The notes: generated from the letters alone by a model not told the origin. 64,000 nt of DNA from Alphaproteobacteria bacterium (GCA_041687435.1 JAWLBX010000015.1:5860-69859); one strand, 5' to 3'. Shown: positions 29,110-38,193, counted from the stretch's first letter. Numbers and translations: made by a program.

Positions 29110-29703
29110 TTATTGAAGATGGTCATTGCTGTACAACCAGTCGCCAGAGACCGATTCTCCATGCACAAGGACATATTCGAACGCCCCTGCATCGCGCAGA
29201 GGGAAAATCAGTTGGTCTATGCTATTACTCGCGTTCAGGTCCCGTCGGGAAAACCGTCTAGCAGCAGCGCGACGATAACGGACCGCATCCAGATATTCCA
29301 GGGCGAAAAGTTGCAATAACCGCGCATCATTTACGTGCCGTATGATCGCCGAGCCGAACTGCTGCCCTGCTTCCATCACAACCGCATCACCCGCCCAAAT
29401 CACCGGCCAATCGTCCGGGTCGCGCCCCACCACGCCGACGATATACGCCTGCTCGTCCAGCATGTTCAGCGATTGCATCACATCAGATACCATCCCGGTG
29501 AACTGGTAATATCCTGCAATTCCACATAAATCGACCCAGCGCAGCAGGGCTCGCTGCAACTCCTCCGTCGCCGAGAGAATAGGAATGTCGCTCGCTTCCA
29601 CGATCGCCGCAAGCTCCTTCTCAGGACCGATTCCGCCTTGAATGATCTTTCCCGAAGTCGACACGTTAACGTCCTTGTGTTTATAGACAAAGGATTTGAT
29701 CAT
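29110..29703 (-). CDS. hypothetical protein
   Basis: 197-aa ORF with no confident domain. Loosely similar in pattern to the preceding ORF. Confidence 0.4.
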   Translation of the reverse strand: MIKSFVYKHKDVNVSTSGKIIQGGIGPEKELAAIVEASDIPILSATEELQRALLRWVDLCGIAGYYQFTGMVSDVMQSLNMLDEQAYIVGVVGRDPDDWPVIWAGDAVVMEAGQQFGSAIIRHVNDARLLQLFALEYLDAVRYRRAAARRFSRRDLNASNSIDQLIFPLRDAGAFEYVLVHGESVSGDWLYSNDHLQ

Positions 29704-29754
29704 ACTTTATTCAGACAACTCTAACGTCATGACCCGCGTGACGCAATATTTGCT

Positions 29755-30561
29755 TCAACGATCACAGCTTCCCTTATGGCCATATTTCATGGCCGAAACC
29801 GATAAAATCATGCCGCTTTCCAACCAGAGCCGCAACAATGCCGCAGCGTGCGATCCGGCAGTATCCGCGCCGACACAGCCAGCCAGCGCCTCGCAAATCG
29901 CAGCGAACGGCTCGCCAGCCGCCAGTTGAGCCAGCGCCGCGTCCTCCGCTTCATCCAGCACCCGATAGCGGACGGTGTACCCGTCGCGCCAGACTAAAGT
30001 ATGATGCAGCGGCACCGGCTCCAGCGGGCCGGGCCCATCGCCTGCCGCCAACGCCTGATAGATTGCGGCGGCCGGTGTCGCAGCCGGCACCCGGCGCACG
30101 GCCAGATGAAGGGCGAAGCGCAGTTCCGGCCATTCCTGCGGGTGAAACGCCGCCATCGCTTCCACGCCGCACGCTGGCGCATCCGGCGCATCGAATGCGG
30201 CAGCAATGGCCCAATCCAGCGCGGCGACATCCGCCACCGCCGGTGTTCCGCTATGGTGGCTGGCCAGAAACCCCGCAAAGCCGTCGCCATACCATCGCGC
30301 ATTCCGCACTGCCGATGGCGCAGACGCGATATAGGCACGCGCAGCAGCATCGAAACCGTCATCGCCCAGCAAGGCCCAGGTCTTGTCGAAATTGGCCTGC
30401 AATACCTCCACCAGGCGGGCCGCATAGGCGTGGCGGTAGATGCCGAACAGGGTGGCCGCGCTTTCCCGCGGGCCGGCGTTGATGCCATCCGGTACGGTGT
30501 CGTTCCCGGTATGCAAAATTGCTGCCTGAAATTCGGCCTGAAGCGTAGCCAGATCGGTCAC
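29755..30561 (-). CDS. DUF2063 protein (MNIO partner subunit, BufC/MbnC/TglI-like) of RiPP operon 2
   Basis: 268 aa with a DUF2063-like N-terminal region ('[10 protein letters not shown]…[18 protein letters not shown]'). Its start overlaps the stop of the upstream DUF692 gene by 4 nt. Confidence 0.75.
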   Translation of the reverse strand: MTDLATLQAEFQAAILHTGNDTVPDGINAGPRESAATLFGIYRHAYAARLVEVLQANFDKTWALLGDDGFDAAARAYIASAPSAVRNARWYGDGFAGFLASHHSGTPAVADVAALDWAIAAAFDAPDAPACGVEAMAAFHPQEWPELRFALHLAVRRVPAATPAAAIYQALAAGDGPGPLEPVPLHHTLVWRDGYTVRYRVLDEAEDAALAQLAAGEPFAAICEALAGCVGADTAGSHAAALLRLWLESGMILSVSAMKYGHKGSCDR

Positions 30562-31412
30562 GACTTCCTGGCCTCTGCTTCCACCCGCGCAGCGATGGCA
30601 CGGGCATGGTCCAGTTCCGCGAGCAAATCGGCAAGCGGCGGAATGTTGTCGTCCCGTTCGATCATGGTCGAGACCCGGCCGAAGTGGTGGCAGGCAGCTT
30701 CATAAAGCGCCCAGACATCGTCGATCACCGGCGCATCGTGGGTGTCGATAATATGCGTGCCGTTGTTGCTGTGACCGGCGAGATGGAACTGGACCACCCG
30801 GTCACGCGGGACGCCTTCGATAAAGGTCTGGGCATCGAAATCGTGATTGAAGCCGCTGACATAGATATTGTTAACGTCGAACAGCAACCAACAATCGGCT
30901 GCCTCCGCCACCGCGCTCACGAACTCCCACTCGCTCATCATCGAATGGGCATAGGTGACGTAAGAGGACACGTTCTCAATGGCGATCCGCCGCCCCAGAT
31001 AATCCTGCACCTGGCGGATGCGCCCGGCCACATGGGCGACGGCTTCCTCCGTGTACGGCAGCGGCAGCAGGTCGTGCAGATTCAGGCCATCGACACCGGT
31101 CCAGCAGAGATGGTCGCTAATCCACTGGGGCTGGACCCGGTCGGCCAGCGCCTTCAGGTCGCGCAGATAATCCGGGTCCAGCCGGTCTGTGCCGCCGACC
31201 GACAGCGATACGCCATGCATGACAATGGGATAGTCGGCCCGCACCCGGTCGAGAATCGCCAACGGCTGACCGCCGGGGATCATGTAATTCTCGGAGATGA
31301 TCTCGAACCAATCGACCGGCGGCTTTTGCTCCAACACGTCAGCATAGTGCTGGGTACGCAGCCCCAGGCCAAACCCCAGATAGGGCGGGCGCTCCGCTAT
31401 GGAATCGGTCAT
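30558..31412 (-). CDS. DUF692 multinuclear non-heme iron oxidase (MNIO; MbnB/TglH/BufB-like) of RiPP operon 2
   Basis: 284 aa from the internal ATG ([19 protein letters not shown]...). DUF692 TIM-barrel motifs: 'WFEIISENY', 'HGVSLSVGG', 'WISDHLCW', 'LPLPYTEE', 'IENVSSY', 'FDVNNIYVS', 'FHLAGH'. Confidence 0.85.
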   Translation of the reverse strand: MTDSIAERPPYLGFGLGLRTQHYADVLEQKPPVDWFEIISENYMIPGGQPLAILDRVRADYPIVMHGVSLSVGGTDRLDPDYLRDLKALADRVQPQWISDHLCWTGVDGLNLHDLLPLPYTEEAVAHVAGRIRQVQDYLGRRIAIENVSSYVTYAHSMMSEWEFVSAVAEAADCWLLFDVNNIYVSGFNHDFDAQTFIEGVPRDRVVQFHLAGHSNNGTHIIDTHDAPVIDDVWALYEAACHHFGRVSTMIERDDNIPPLADLLAELDHARAIAARVEAEARKS

Positions 31413-31514
31413 CGGCGGCGCTTCCTCATCCGGCAGGTCCAGAATCACCAACGGCCGAGCACACGTAGGCGCCCGGCCGAAGCGGCACAAGTGCCGGAGA
31501 TGACAGGGGGCGGA

Positions 31515-31775
31515 TCAGCCGACCTTGCCACCCATCTTCGTGCACTCTTCCGCGGTCTTGGTGTTGATCCAGCCCTGACCCTTGCAGGCATTCTGGCCCT
31601 TGCAGGAGCTGGTGGCGGTCTGACAGGCGCTGTGGCCCTTGCAGGAGTTGGCCCCCATGCACTTCACGCCATCGGCGGCGAACACGGCGGTCGGCGCCAC
31701 CATCGCGCCGGTGGAAAACATTGCGGCAGCAGCAGCGGCGAGCACGACGCCAGAGGTCTTTTTCATCACGGACAT
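31515..31775 (-). CDS. RiPP precursor peptide, 6-Cys bufferin-2-like, with Sec signal peptide
   Basis: 86 aa: MSVMKKTSGVVLAAAAAAMFSTGAMVAPTAVFA | ADGVKCMGANSCKGHSACQTATSSCKGQNACKGQGWINTKTAEECTKMGGKVG. AGGAG RBS 7 nt upstream of the ATG. It lies directly upstream of a DUF692/DUF2063 pair. Confidence 0.7.
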   Translation of the reverse strand: MSVMKKTSGVVLAAAAAAMFSTGAMVAPTAVFAADGVKCMGANSCKGHSACQTATSSCKGQNACKGQGWINTKTAEECTKMGGKVG

Positions 31776-31946
31776 GCAATATCTCCTAGAGGTTGGTCGC
31801 GCCGGACAATCCGGCGCGGTTTCGAACACTCCCGCACAAAGCCCTTGGCCGGGCCAATGTGCTGGTCGCATTCTGCGCTTTTGGCCCGGCAGCGCCACCA
31901 AACAGACGCACACAGACATTCACTGTTGTGTGAGACTGCATCGGTG

Positions 31947-32456
31947 TCACCGCCCTGCCAGGGCCCGGCCGAGCCAATGCTCGACCGAGATGATGCCGGG
32001 CCCCCGCGCCATGATCAACAGCAACGCGGATGCCCAGAGCAGATGCACATCCCATGCACCCGGCAACACAAATATCTGGATAACAAGCGTCATCCCGAAC
32101 AGGCCGAGCGCGGCCAGGCGGGTGAACACGCCGATGAACAGAAACAGCGGCAGCCAGCTTTCCATATAGGTCGCCATCCATCCTGCAAATCCGGGCGACA
32201 GCAGCGGCACGCCATATTCCTCGAACAGATATGGCAGGCTGGGGCTGAGTTCCAGGCTGAACGTCAGGGCGCCCAACAGATTCCAATCCACGGCTTTGGT
32301 CTGGGCCGAAACCAGGAATACCATGCCTATACCGACCCGCGCCGCAAACAGGATCAGGCTCATCGGGATCATTTCCAGGACGGCAATCCCGGCATTCACG
32401 GCTTCCATGGCGCTGTTGCTGGCGGGCCGCGGGTTGTAGCCTACCCTGTCATTCAT
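31947..32456 (-). CDS. DoxX family membrane protein (BufD-like) of RiPP operon 1
   Basis: 169-aa 4-TM DoxX-like protein. Its start overlaps the stop of the upstream DUF2063 gene (ATGA). Confidence 0.7.
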   Translation of the reverse strand: MNDRVGYNPRPASNSAMEAVNAGIAVLEMIPMSLILFAARVGIGMVFLVSAQTKAVDWNLLGALTFSLELSPSLPYLFEEYGVPLLSPGFAGWMATYMESWLPLFLFIGVFTRLAALGLFGMTLVIQIFVLPGAWDVHLLWASALLLIMARGPGIISVEHWLGRALAGR

Positions 32457-33274
32457 CGCGTGGTTTCCTTATTTTTCAATTCCTGTGGAGCCTCCAGCGC
32501 AGCAAAAGTGCCCCGCTGCAAGTTGGTCGACAAAGCATCTGCAAGGTCAAAAGCCGGATCGGCGGCGGTGGCTGCAGCGGCCGCCCCGGCCATGTCCTGG
32601 CCCGCAGCAAAGGCAGCGAGCCAATGCCATTCCCCGGCCGGCACATGCCACATGCGAACATCGTATCCCTGCCGCAGCAGCAGGATCGCAGCGCCGCCCG
32701 CAGCCACCAGGTCGATCCGCTCGAGCGCACCGCTCTCCGGCGCCCGCGTGGCGTGCCAGAGCGCATCCACCGGCCAGTCGCTCGCAACGAGGCCGGCATC
32801 GGCGCGGGGGCGCAGCACCAGATCGGCCAGCGCATCGGCCGGCACTGCCCCCAGTGCGCCAGCCGTCAGAGCCGACTCATCGGCAGCATGAAAACTTCGG
32901 TGCATGGCCCATTCCAGCCGCGCAAGGTCGGGCAGATAAGGCAGACTGGCGGCGGACGGAAACGCGGCGAGGAAGTCGGCAAAACCGTCGCCATAGGCAT
33001 AGAGCACCGGATCGCATGGCGGCCCTTCCGCGATGAAGCCGTGCGCGGCAGCGCGGAAAAATTGGATGCCCACCATGGCCTCAACGGCGCTGTAAATCCC
33101 GGCGAGCGCGTCGGTCAAGGTGATCCGGATGTGATTGTGATGCACTTGCAGACGGCTGGCCGGGGCGATGCCATCTCCGAGGATATGGCCGACCGCCCCG
33201 CCCCCATCCGCAGGCGGCACCGGTGCGAACAGTTGCGCCCGCATGGCGTCCTGAAGCTCAAGCAGCGTCGGCAT
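32453..33274 (-). CDS. DUF2063 protein (MNIO partner subunit) of RiPP operon 1
   Basis: 273 aa with a DUF2063-like N-terminus ('LQDAMRAQLF…'). It overlaps the upstream DUF692 gene by 17 nt. Confidence 0.75.
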   Translation of the reverse strand: MPTLLELQDAMRAQLFAPVPPADGGGAVGHILGDGIAPASRLQVHHNHIRITLTDALAGIYSAVEAMVGIQFFRAAAHGFIAEGPPCDPVLYAYGDGFADFLAAFPSAASLPYLPDLARLEWAMHRSFHAADESALTAGALGAVPADALADLVLRPRADAGLVASDWPVDALWHATRAPESGALERIDLVAAGGAAILLLRQGYDVRMWHVPAGEWHWLAAFAAGQDMAGAAAAATAADPAFDLADALSTNLQRGTFAALEAPQELKNKETTR

Positions 33275-34145
33275 GGCGCAAAGCCTGGTCTAGATGGCAC
33301 TGGGCCGCGGCAGCCTCTGCCAGCAGCACCTCCAGCGGTGGCATGGCGGTATCCCACTCGATCAGGGTTGGCATCGGCCCCAACAGGGCGAGCGCACGCT
33401 CATATAAGGACCAAACGGCCGGCGCCACGCGGCTGCCGTGGTCGTCGATGCGGACGATCCGCTCTCCCACCCGATTCTCGGCATGGCCGGCCAGATGGAT
33501 TTCCGCCACCGGTGCGCTACTCATGGTTTCCAGATAGACCGCTGCATCCCAGCCATGATTCTCGCAACTGACGTAAACATTGTTGACGTCCAGCAGAATG
33601 CCGCAGCCGGTCTGCTCCGCCACAGCCCGCATGAAATCGGGTTCGGCGATGGTCGAATGTTTGAATTGCAGATAGGTGGACGCGTTTTCTACCAAAATCC
33701 GCCGCCCAAAGGCCTCCTGCGCCTGGTCGATATTGCGGCAGACAACCGCCACGCTCTCCTCTGTATAGGGCAGCGGCAGCAGGTCATTGAAATAGGTGCC
33801 GCGGTGCATGCTCCAGGAGAGATGCTCCGACACCAGCCCCGGCTCGATGCGCCGGGCGAACGTCACCAGGCGGGCGAGGTGGGCAGGGTCCAGCCCGTCG
33901 GCCGAGCCGAGCGACAGGCCAACGCCATGCATGGACACCGGGTAATGTGCCCGCGCAGCCTCCAGGTAGGCGAGCGGCGCACCACCGCCCAGATAGTTTT
34001 CCGGATGGATTTCCAGCCAGCCGACGGCAGGCAAGGTTTGCGTCACCGCCTCAAAATGGGCGGCGCGAAGGCCGATCCCCGCCGCGACCGGAATGGTGGC
34101 CGCGTCGGGGAGTGGGCCAGACGGATATTGAGGCATGGCCTGCAT
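33258..34145 (-). CDS. DUF692 multinuclear non-heme iron oxidase (MNIO) of RiPP operon 1
   Basis: The same DUF692 motifs as paralog 2 are present ('WLEIHPENY', 'HGVGLSLGS', 'VSEHLSW', 'LPLPYTEE', 'VENASTY', 'LDVNNVYVS', 'IHLAGH'). Start at an internal ATG (MQAMPQYPSG… or the MPQYPSG ATG 9 nt downstream). Confidence 0.85.
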   Translation of the reverse strand: MQAMPQYPSGPLPDAATIPVAAGIGLRAAHFEAVTQTLPAVGWLEIHPENYLGGGAPLAYLEAARAHYPVSMHGVGLSLGSADGLDPAHLARLVTFARRIEPGLVSEHLSWSMHRGTYFNDLLPLPYTEESVAVVCRNIDQAQEAFGRRILVENASTYLQFKHSTIAEPDFMRAVAEQTGCGILLDVNNVYVSCENHGWDAAVYLETMSSAPVAEIHLAGHAENRVGERIVRIDDHGSRVAPAVWSLYERALALLGPMPTLIEWDTAMPPLEVLLAEAAAAQCHLDQALRHADAA

Positions 34146-34179
34146 TGGACCGAACCTTAGACTTCCGCCCCGCGAACCA

Positions 34180-34434
34180 TCAGCCGGCGGTCTTCGAACC
34201 GCCGACCAACCGGTCGCACAGGCCGGCCGGAACCAAAACCCAGGCGTCTTTCTGGCCATCCACCTTGGATGTACCGGCACAGGAACTGTTTGCCGTGTTG
34301 CAGTCGTTGGCGCCAGCCTTCACCACACCATAGCATTTTTCCATCTTTTGATCGGCAGCCGCGGCCGGGCTGGCGGATACCGTCGCGCCGACGGCAGCGG
34401 CTACGGCGGTGGCGAGCAGGGCAGTCTTGTTCAT
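34180..34434 (-). CDS. RiPP precursor peptide, DUF2282-type (bufferin-1-like), with Sec signal peptide
   Basis: 84 aa: MNKTALLATAVAAAVGATVSASPAAA | ADQKMEKCYGVVKAGANDCNTANSSCAGTSKVDGQKDAWVLVPAGLCDRLVGGSKTAG. Four Cys, in the arrangement typical of DUF2282. It is the first gene of the minus-strand operon. Confidence 0.75.
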   Translation of the reverse strand: MNKTALLATAVAAAVGATVSASPAAAADQKMEKCYGVVKAGANDCNTANSSCAGTSKVDGQKDAWVLVPAGLCDRLVGGSKTAG

Positions 34435-35100
34435 CTGTCAGATCCTTTCGGTTTCGCCTTCCGGCGACAGGCTTGTCCATCGCCTGCTGTCCATACAAGT
34501 TGCATTTCCGACCGATACGCCAGTCACTACCCCGTGATCTCACAGCCATGTTATGTAAGGTTTCCAAACAGTTCACGGCATATCACAGGGCAGCGCAACT
34601 GGACTCACAATTGTGTTATTCGGCAGAATGCCATCATCGCCATGGAATCTGAACGCACCCGATCCTGCCCGGTTGCCAGATCGGACCGCGCGCCGCGCGC
34701 GGCCCTGACCGAATGCTATTACATGACACCATCGAAATTAAGAGCCGGCACAATTGTGGCAACAACTTGGCATGGCGCAAATGGCGAGCACCTGCGTAGC
34801 GCGCGCCCTTATAAATTCGCAGCATCCGGCACTACGATATTCACATGACAGTACGGCGGTATCCAGCCGTCATCGCCGGCTGCAGCGACGTCAATGTCGG
34901 CAAACTCCCTGGCCAGTGCGCCTTTTTGGTAAGAGCGAAACACTTAACGGGCTTTTCATTTGCAGTAATTTGGAGTAGACAAGAGTTATTCAATTCGCGT
35001 GCCTACCGCCGAGGGGTGGGAATCAGGCGGAGATCGAATTGTTTGGTGGGCCAGACCCGCCTGACGCGGAACCCATAGTGCTAGGAGGATGGGCGACCCC

Positions 35101-35916
35101 ATGCTGTCAAACTTGAAAACACCAATTCTTGTCGCCGTGTTAGGCTTAAGCCTCAGCGCATGCGCAAATCTTTACAACACCGCCAAGGAAGCCACGCCAA
35201 CCGGCGACAGCTATTCGCAGGCCCTGTTCAAGAACTACATGATGCTGGCGGACAGCGAGCGTCGTGAGGAAGATTGGACCGACGCCAACTTCTTCAGCGG
35301 CAAAGCTCTGGCGGCCGCCGACGGCATGCCAGCCGGCCCGCAGGAATTGGGCGAGCGCATGCTGGCCGAAAATTTCCTGGCGGAACTCGCCCCGGCGCGT
35401 GATTCGCTGGTCGCTGCCCTGAATGGCGGCGGCGCTGCCCGCAACCCGGAAGCCGCGGCAATGGCCGTTGCCGGTTTCGATTGCTGGATGCAGGAAGCCG
35501 AAGAGGGCCACCAGCCCGACGATATCGCCGCCTGCAAGAAGATGTTCATGGACGGCATGGACGGCATGGAGCCAGGCATGGCGATGGGGCCATGGACCGT
35601 ATACTTCGACTTCGACAAGGCCATGGTGAAATCCGACCAGCAGGCTGCGCTTGACGAAGCGGCCCAGGCTGCTGCTTCCATGTCCGGCGCGCCGGTGATC
35701 GTCAGCGGCCACACTGACACCAGCGGTCCGGCCGATTACAACCTGGGCCTGTCCGCGAGCCGTGCTCAGGCCGTTGTGGATGCGCTGAGCGCGCTCGGCA
35801 TCGACAGCAGCCGCGTGAACGTGAGCGCCACCGGTGAGGAAGACCTTGCGGTCCCGACTGCCGACGGTGTCCGCGAACCGCAGAACCGCCGTGTTGAAAT
35901 CCGCGTCGTGAATTAA
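35101..35916 (+). CDS. OmpA-family lipoprotein (C-terminal OmpA/peptidoglycan-binding domain)
   Basis: Lipobox LSLSAC. C-terminal OmpA domain motifs ('VYFDFDKAMV', 'GHTDTSGPADYNLGLSASRA', 'NRRVEIRV'). Confidence 0.8.
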   Translation: MLSNLKTPILVAVLGLSLSACANLYNTAKEATPTGDSYSQALFKNYMMLADSERREEDWTDANFFSGKALAAADGMPAGPQELGERMLAENFLAELAPARDSLVAALNGGGAARNPEAAAMAVAGFDCWMQEAEEGHQPDDIAACKKMFMDGMDGMEPGMAMGPWTVYFDFDKAMVKSDQQAALDEAAQAAASMSGAPVIVSGHTDTSGPADYNLGLSASRAQAVVDALSALGIDSSRVNVSATGEEDLAVPTADGVREPQNRRVEIRVVN

Positions 35917-35950
35917 ACCGCACGCGGCAGAGCCTCACGAGGCTCGGCAC

Positions 35951-35993
35951 AAAAAAGGGCGCGCCCTCCAGCTTTGGAGGGCGCGCTTTTTTT
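35951..35993. terminator. bidirectional rho-independent terminator
   Basis: A-tract, then hairpin gggcgcgccctcca-gcttt-ggagggcgcgc, then TTTTTTT. It sits between convergent genes. Confidence 0.65.
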
Positions 35994-36017
35994 GCGGCCG
36001 TGGCAGAGAAGTTTCGT

Positions 36018-36884
36018 TCAATCGCCTTTTTCAACCGTGCGCTTTTCAACCCCGATCAGCTTGGGCAGGTCGATAGCCGTGTGCATTTCATGTTCGAGAG
36101 CGCGCCAATCGCCATGCGGGCGTGAGGTCAGTTTAAATTCGCCTGCCAGCTCCGCATAAAGATTGCGCCACGTCTCATAGGCCGCGAATAGGCCGGTGCC
36201 GGGATCGGCTAGGATTTTCCAACCCATGTCCGCCATTTCCTGCTTCGTCAGCCCGATCGCGGCCAGACCGCCCGGCGAGCAGAGGTACATCAGCGGCGCG
36301 GGCAGCCGTTCGCCCAAAAACCGCGCTTCCTCCGCGTTGCGCGGGCTGGCCAGCAGCACATCGGCCCCCGCCTTTTTGTAAAGCTCCAGCCGCTTGATCG
36401 CATCCTCTACCCCGGTGTTCCGTACCGCATTGGTGCGCGCGATGATGACGAATTCGTCGGACCGGCGGGCGGCGCATGCCTCCTCCACCTTGGCGGCCAT
36501 CAGTTCCGGCTCGATCATCCGCTCGACGCCGATGTGATGGTGGGCACGCTTCGGGATCAGTTGGTCCTCGATCTCGATAGCGGCAAATCCGGCGGTCTCT
36601 ACCATGGGGATGGTGCGGTGCATGTGCATCGGGTCGCCGAAGCCGGTGGCGCCGTCCAGAATCAGCGGCTTGGTCGTCACCGCCGCGATTTCCGTTCCCG
36701 CCATGCACATTTCGGTGACGTTCAGGTTGGCCTCCAACAGCGCCTTGGCATAGCCGGTGGCGCCGCCGCCCAAATAGAGGGCATCGAATCCGGCCTTTTC
36801 GGCCATCATCGCCATCATCGGGTTGAGCACCAGCGGCGCACAGATCGGCCGGCCGGTGGCCAACAACGGGCGAAGGCTGGACAT
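36018..36884 (-). CDS. isocitrate lyase/PEP mutase family protein (e.g. methylisocitrate lyase / carboxyvinyl-carboxyphosphonate phosphorylmutase-like)
   Basis: 288-aa ICL/PEPM TIM-barrel motifs ('LILDGATGFGD', 'IEIEDQ'). Confidence 0.7.
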   Translation of the reverse strand: MSSLRPLLATGRPICAPLVLNPMMAMMAEKAGFDALYLGGGATGYAKALLEANLNVTEMCMAGTEIAAVTTKPLILDGATGFGDPMHMHRTIPMVETAGFAAIEIEDQLIPKRAHHHIGVERMIEPELMAAKVEEACAARRSDEFVIIARTNAVRNTGVEDAIKRLELYKKAGADVLLASPRNAEEARFLGERLPAPLMYLCSPGGLAAIGLTKQEMADMGWKILADPGTGLFAAYETWRNLYAELAGEFKLTSRPHGDWRALEHEMHTAIDLPKLIGVEKRTVEKGD

Positions 36885-36990
36885 GGGGCAAAACTCCTTT
36901 TTCCGGGGAAGCGCTTTTCCAGGCGCGAAGGGTAAGCTAAGAGCCTATCCCATCCGAATTTGGTCCGCCCAGACAGAAAAGAGGCTTTCC

Positions 36991-38106
36991 ATGGCCAGCG
37001 CCCTGTTCCAACCGATCGAACTACGCAGCGTCACGCTGCCGAACCGCATCGTCATAGCGCCGATGTGCATGTATTCCGCCAAGGATGGCTCTGCCACCGA
37101 CTGGCATACCATCCATCTCGGCAATCTCGCCCTGTCAGGTGCCGGCTTGCTGATCATCGAGGCGACGGGCGTCGAAGCACGCGGCCGCATCTCACCCGGT
37201 TGCGTCGGCCTCTATTCCGACGCGAACGAGGCGGCACTGAAGCGGGTTGTCGACATCGTGCGTCAGTACTCAACCATTCCGATTGGCATCCAGCTGGGCC
37301 ATGCCGGGCGCAAGGCCTCTACCAATCCCCCGCAGCAGGGCGGCGCGCCGCTGAAGCCGGCGGAAGGTGCGTGGCAGACCATCGCCCCCTCCGCCGTGCC
37401 ATTTGGCGAGGGCTGGCATACGCCGGTTGCCATGGACCGCACGCTGATGGACGAGGTCATCGCCGCTGCGGTCAAGGCCACCGAGCGCGCGGCCCGTATC
37501 GGCCTGGACGTGGTCGAGTTGCATGGTGCGCACGGCTATCTGGTCAGCGAATTCCTCTCGCCCATAGCCAACAAACGCAACGACGCCTACGGCGGCGCCA
37601 TCGAGAACCGCATCAAATTTCCGATGGAACTGTTCCAGGCGATGCGCGCGGTCTGGCCGGACGACAAGCCGCTGGGCGTGCGCCTGAACGGCACCGACTG
37701 GGATGACGAGGGCCTGCATGTCGAGGACGCCATCGTCTTTGCCAAGGCGCTGGCGTCCGAAGGCTGCGATTTCCTGGATATTTCCGGCGGCGGTAACAGC
37801 CTGGTACGCCCGCCGCTGGCGCCCGGCTATCAGGCTGGCTATGCGGCGCAGATCAAGGCAGCTAGTGGTCTGCCGACCATGGCTGTCGGCATGATCCGCG
37901 ACCCCAAACTGGCGGAAAATCTGGTGGCCAGCGGTGACGTGGACATGATCGCCATGGCGCGAGGCATCCTCTACGAGCCGCGCTGGCCCTGGCGCGCTGC
38001 GTTCGAGCTGGGCGCGGACGCTCCCTACGCACCGCAATACGGCCGCGCGAACCCGAACACCTGGATCCAGGCGTTTCCGGAAACACAGGCCAACGCCGCG
38101 GAGTAA
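36991..38106 (+). CDS. NADH:flavin oxidoreductase, Old Yellow Enzyme family
   Basis: 371 aa from the internal ATG with an AAGAGG RBS. OYE motifs ('RIVIAPMCMYSA', 'IQLGHAGRKAS', 'VELHGAHGYLVSEFLSP'). Confidence 0.85.
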   Translation: MASALFQPIELRSVTLPNRIVIAPMCMYSAKDGSATDWHTIHLGNLALSGAGLLIIEATGVEARGRISPGCVGLYSDANEAALKRVVDIVRQYSTIPIGIQLGHAGRKASTNPPQQGGAPLKPAEGAWQTIAPSAVPFGEGWHTPVAMDRTLMDEVIAAAVKATERAARIGLDVVELHGAHGYLVSEFLSPIANKRNDAYGGAIENRIKFPMELFQAMRAVWPDDKPLGVRLNGTDWDDEGLHVEDAIVFAKALASEGCDFLDISGGGNSLVRPPLAPGYQAGYAAQIKAASGLPTMAVGMIRDPKLAENLVASGDVDMIAMARGILYEPRWPWRAAFELGADAPYAPQYGRANPNTWIQAFPETQANAAE

Positions 38107-38193
38107 CCGCGCGGCAAACGCACTTGACGGCACCCTGCCCCCGTGCGACGCGAGAGGCCTGAAGCGTCTCTCGCGTCCATGGAGGATAGCTGC

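Noticed and set aside
34135-34848. 237-aa plus-strand ORF spanning the buf operon promoter region
   Set aside because: It overlaps the 5' end of the DUF692 gene and the precursor gene on the opposite strand. Its composition and lack of motifs indicate a spurious frame.
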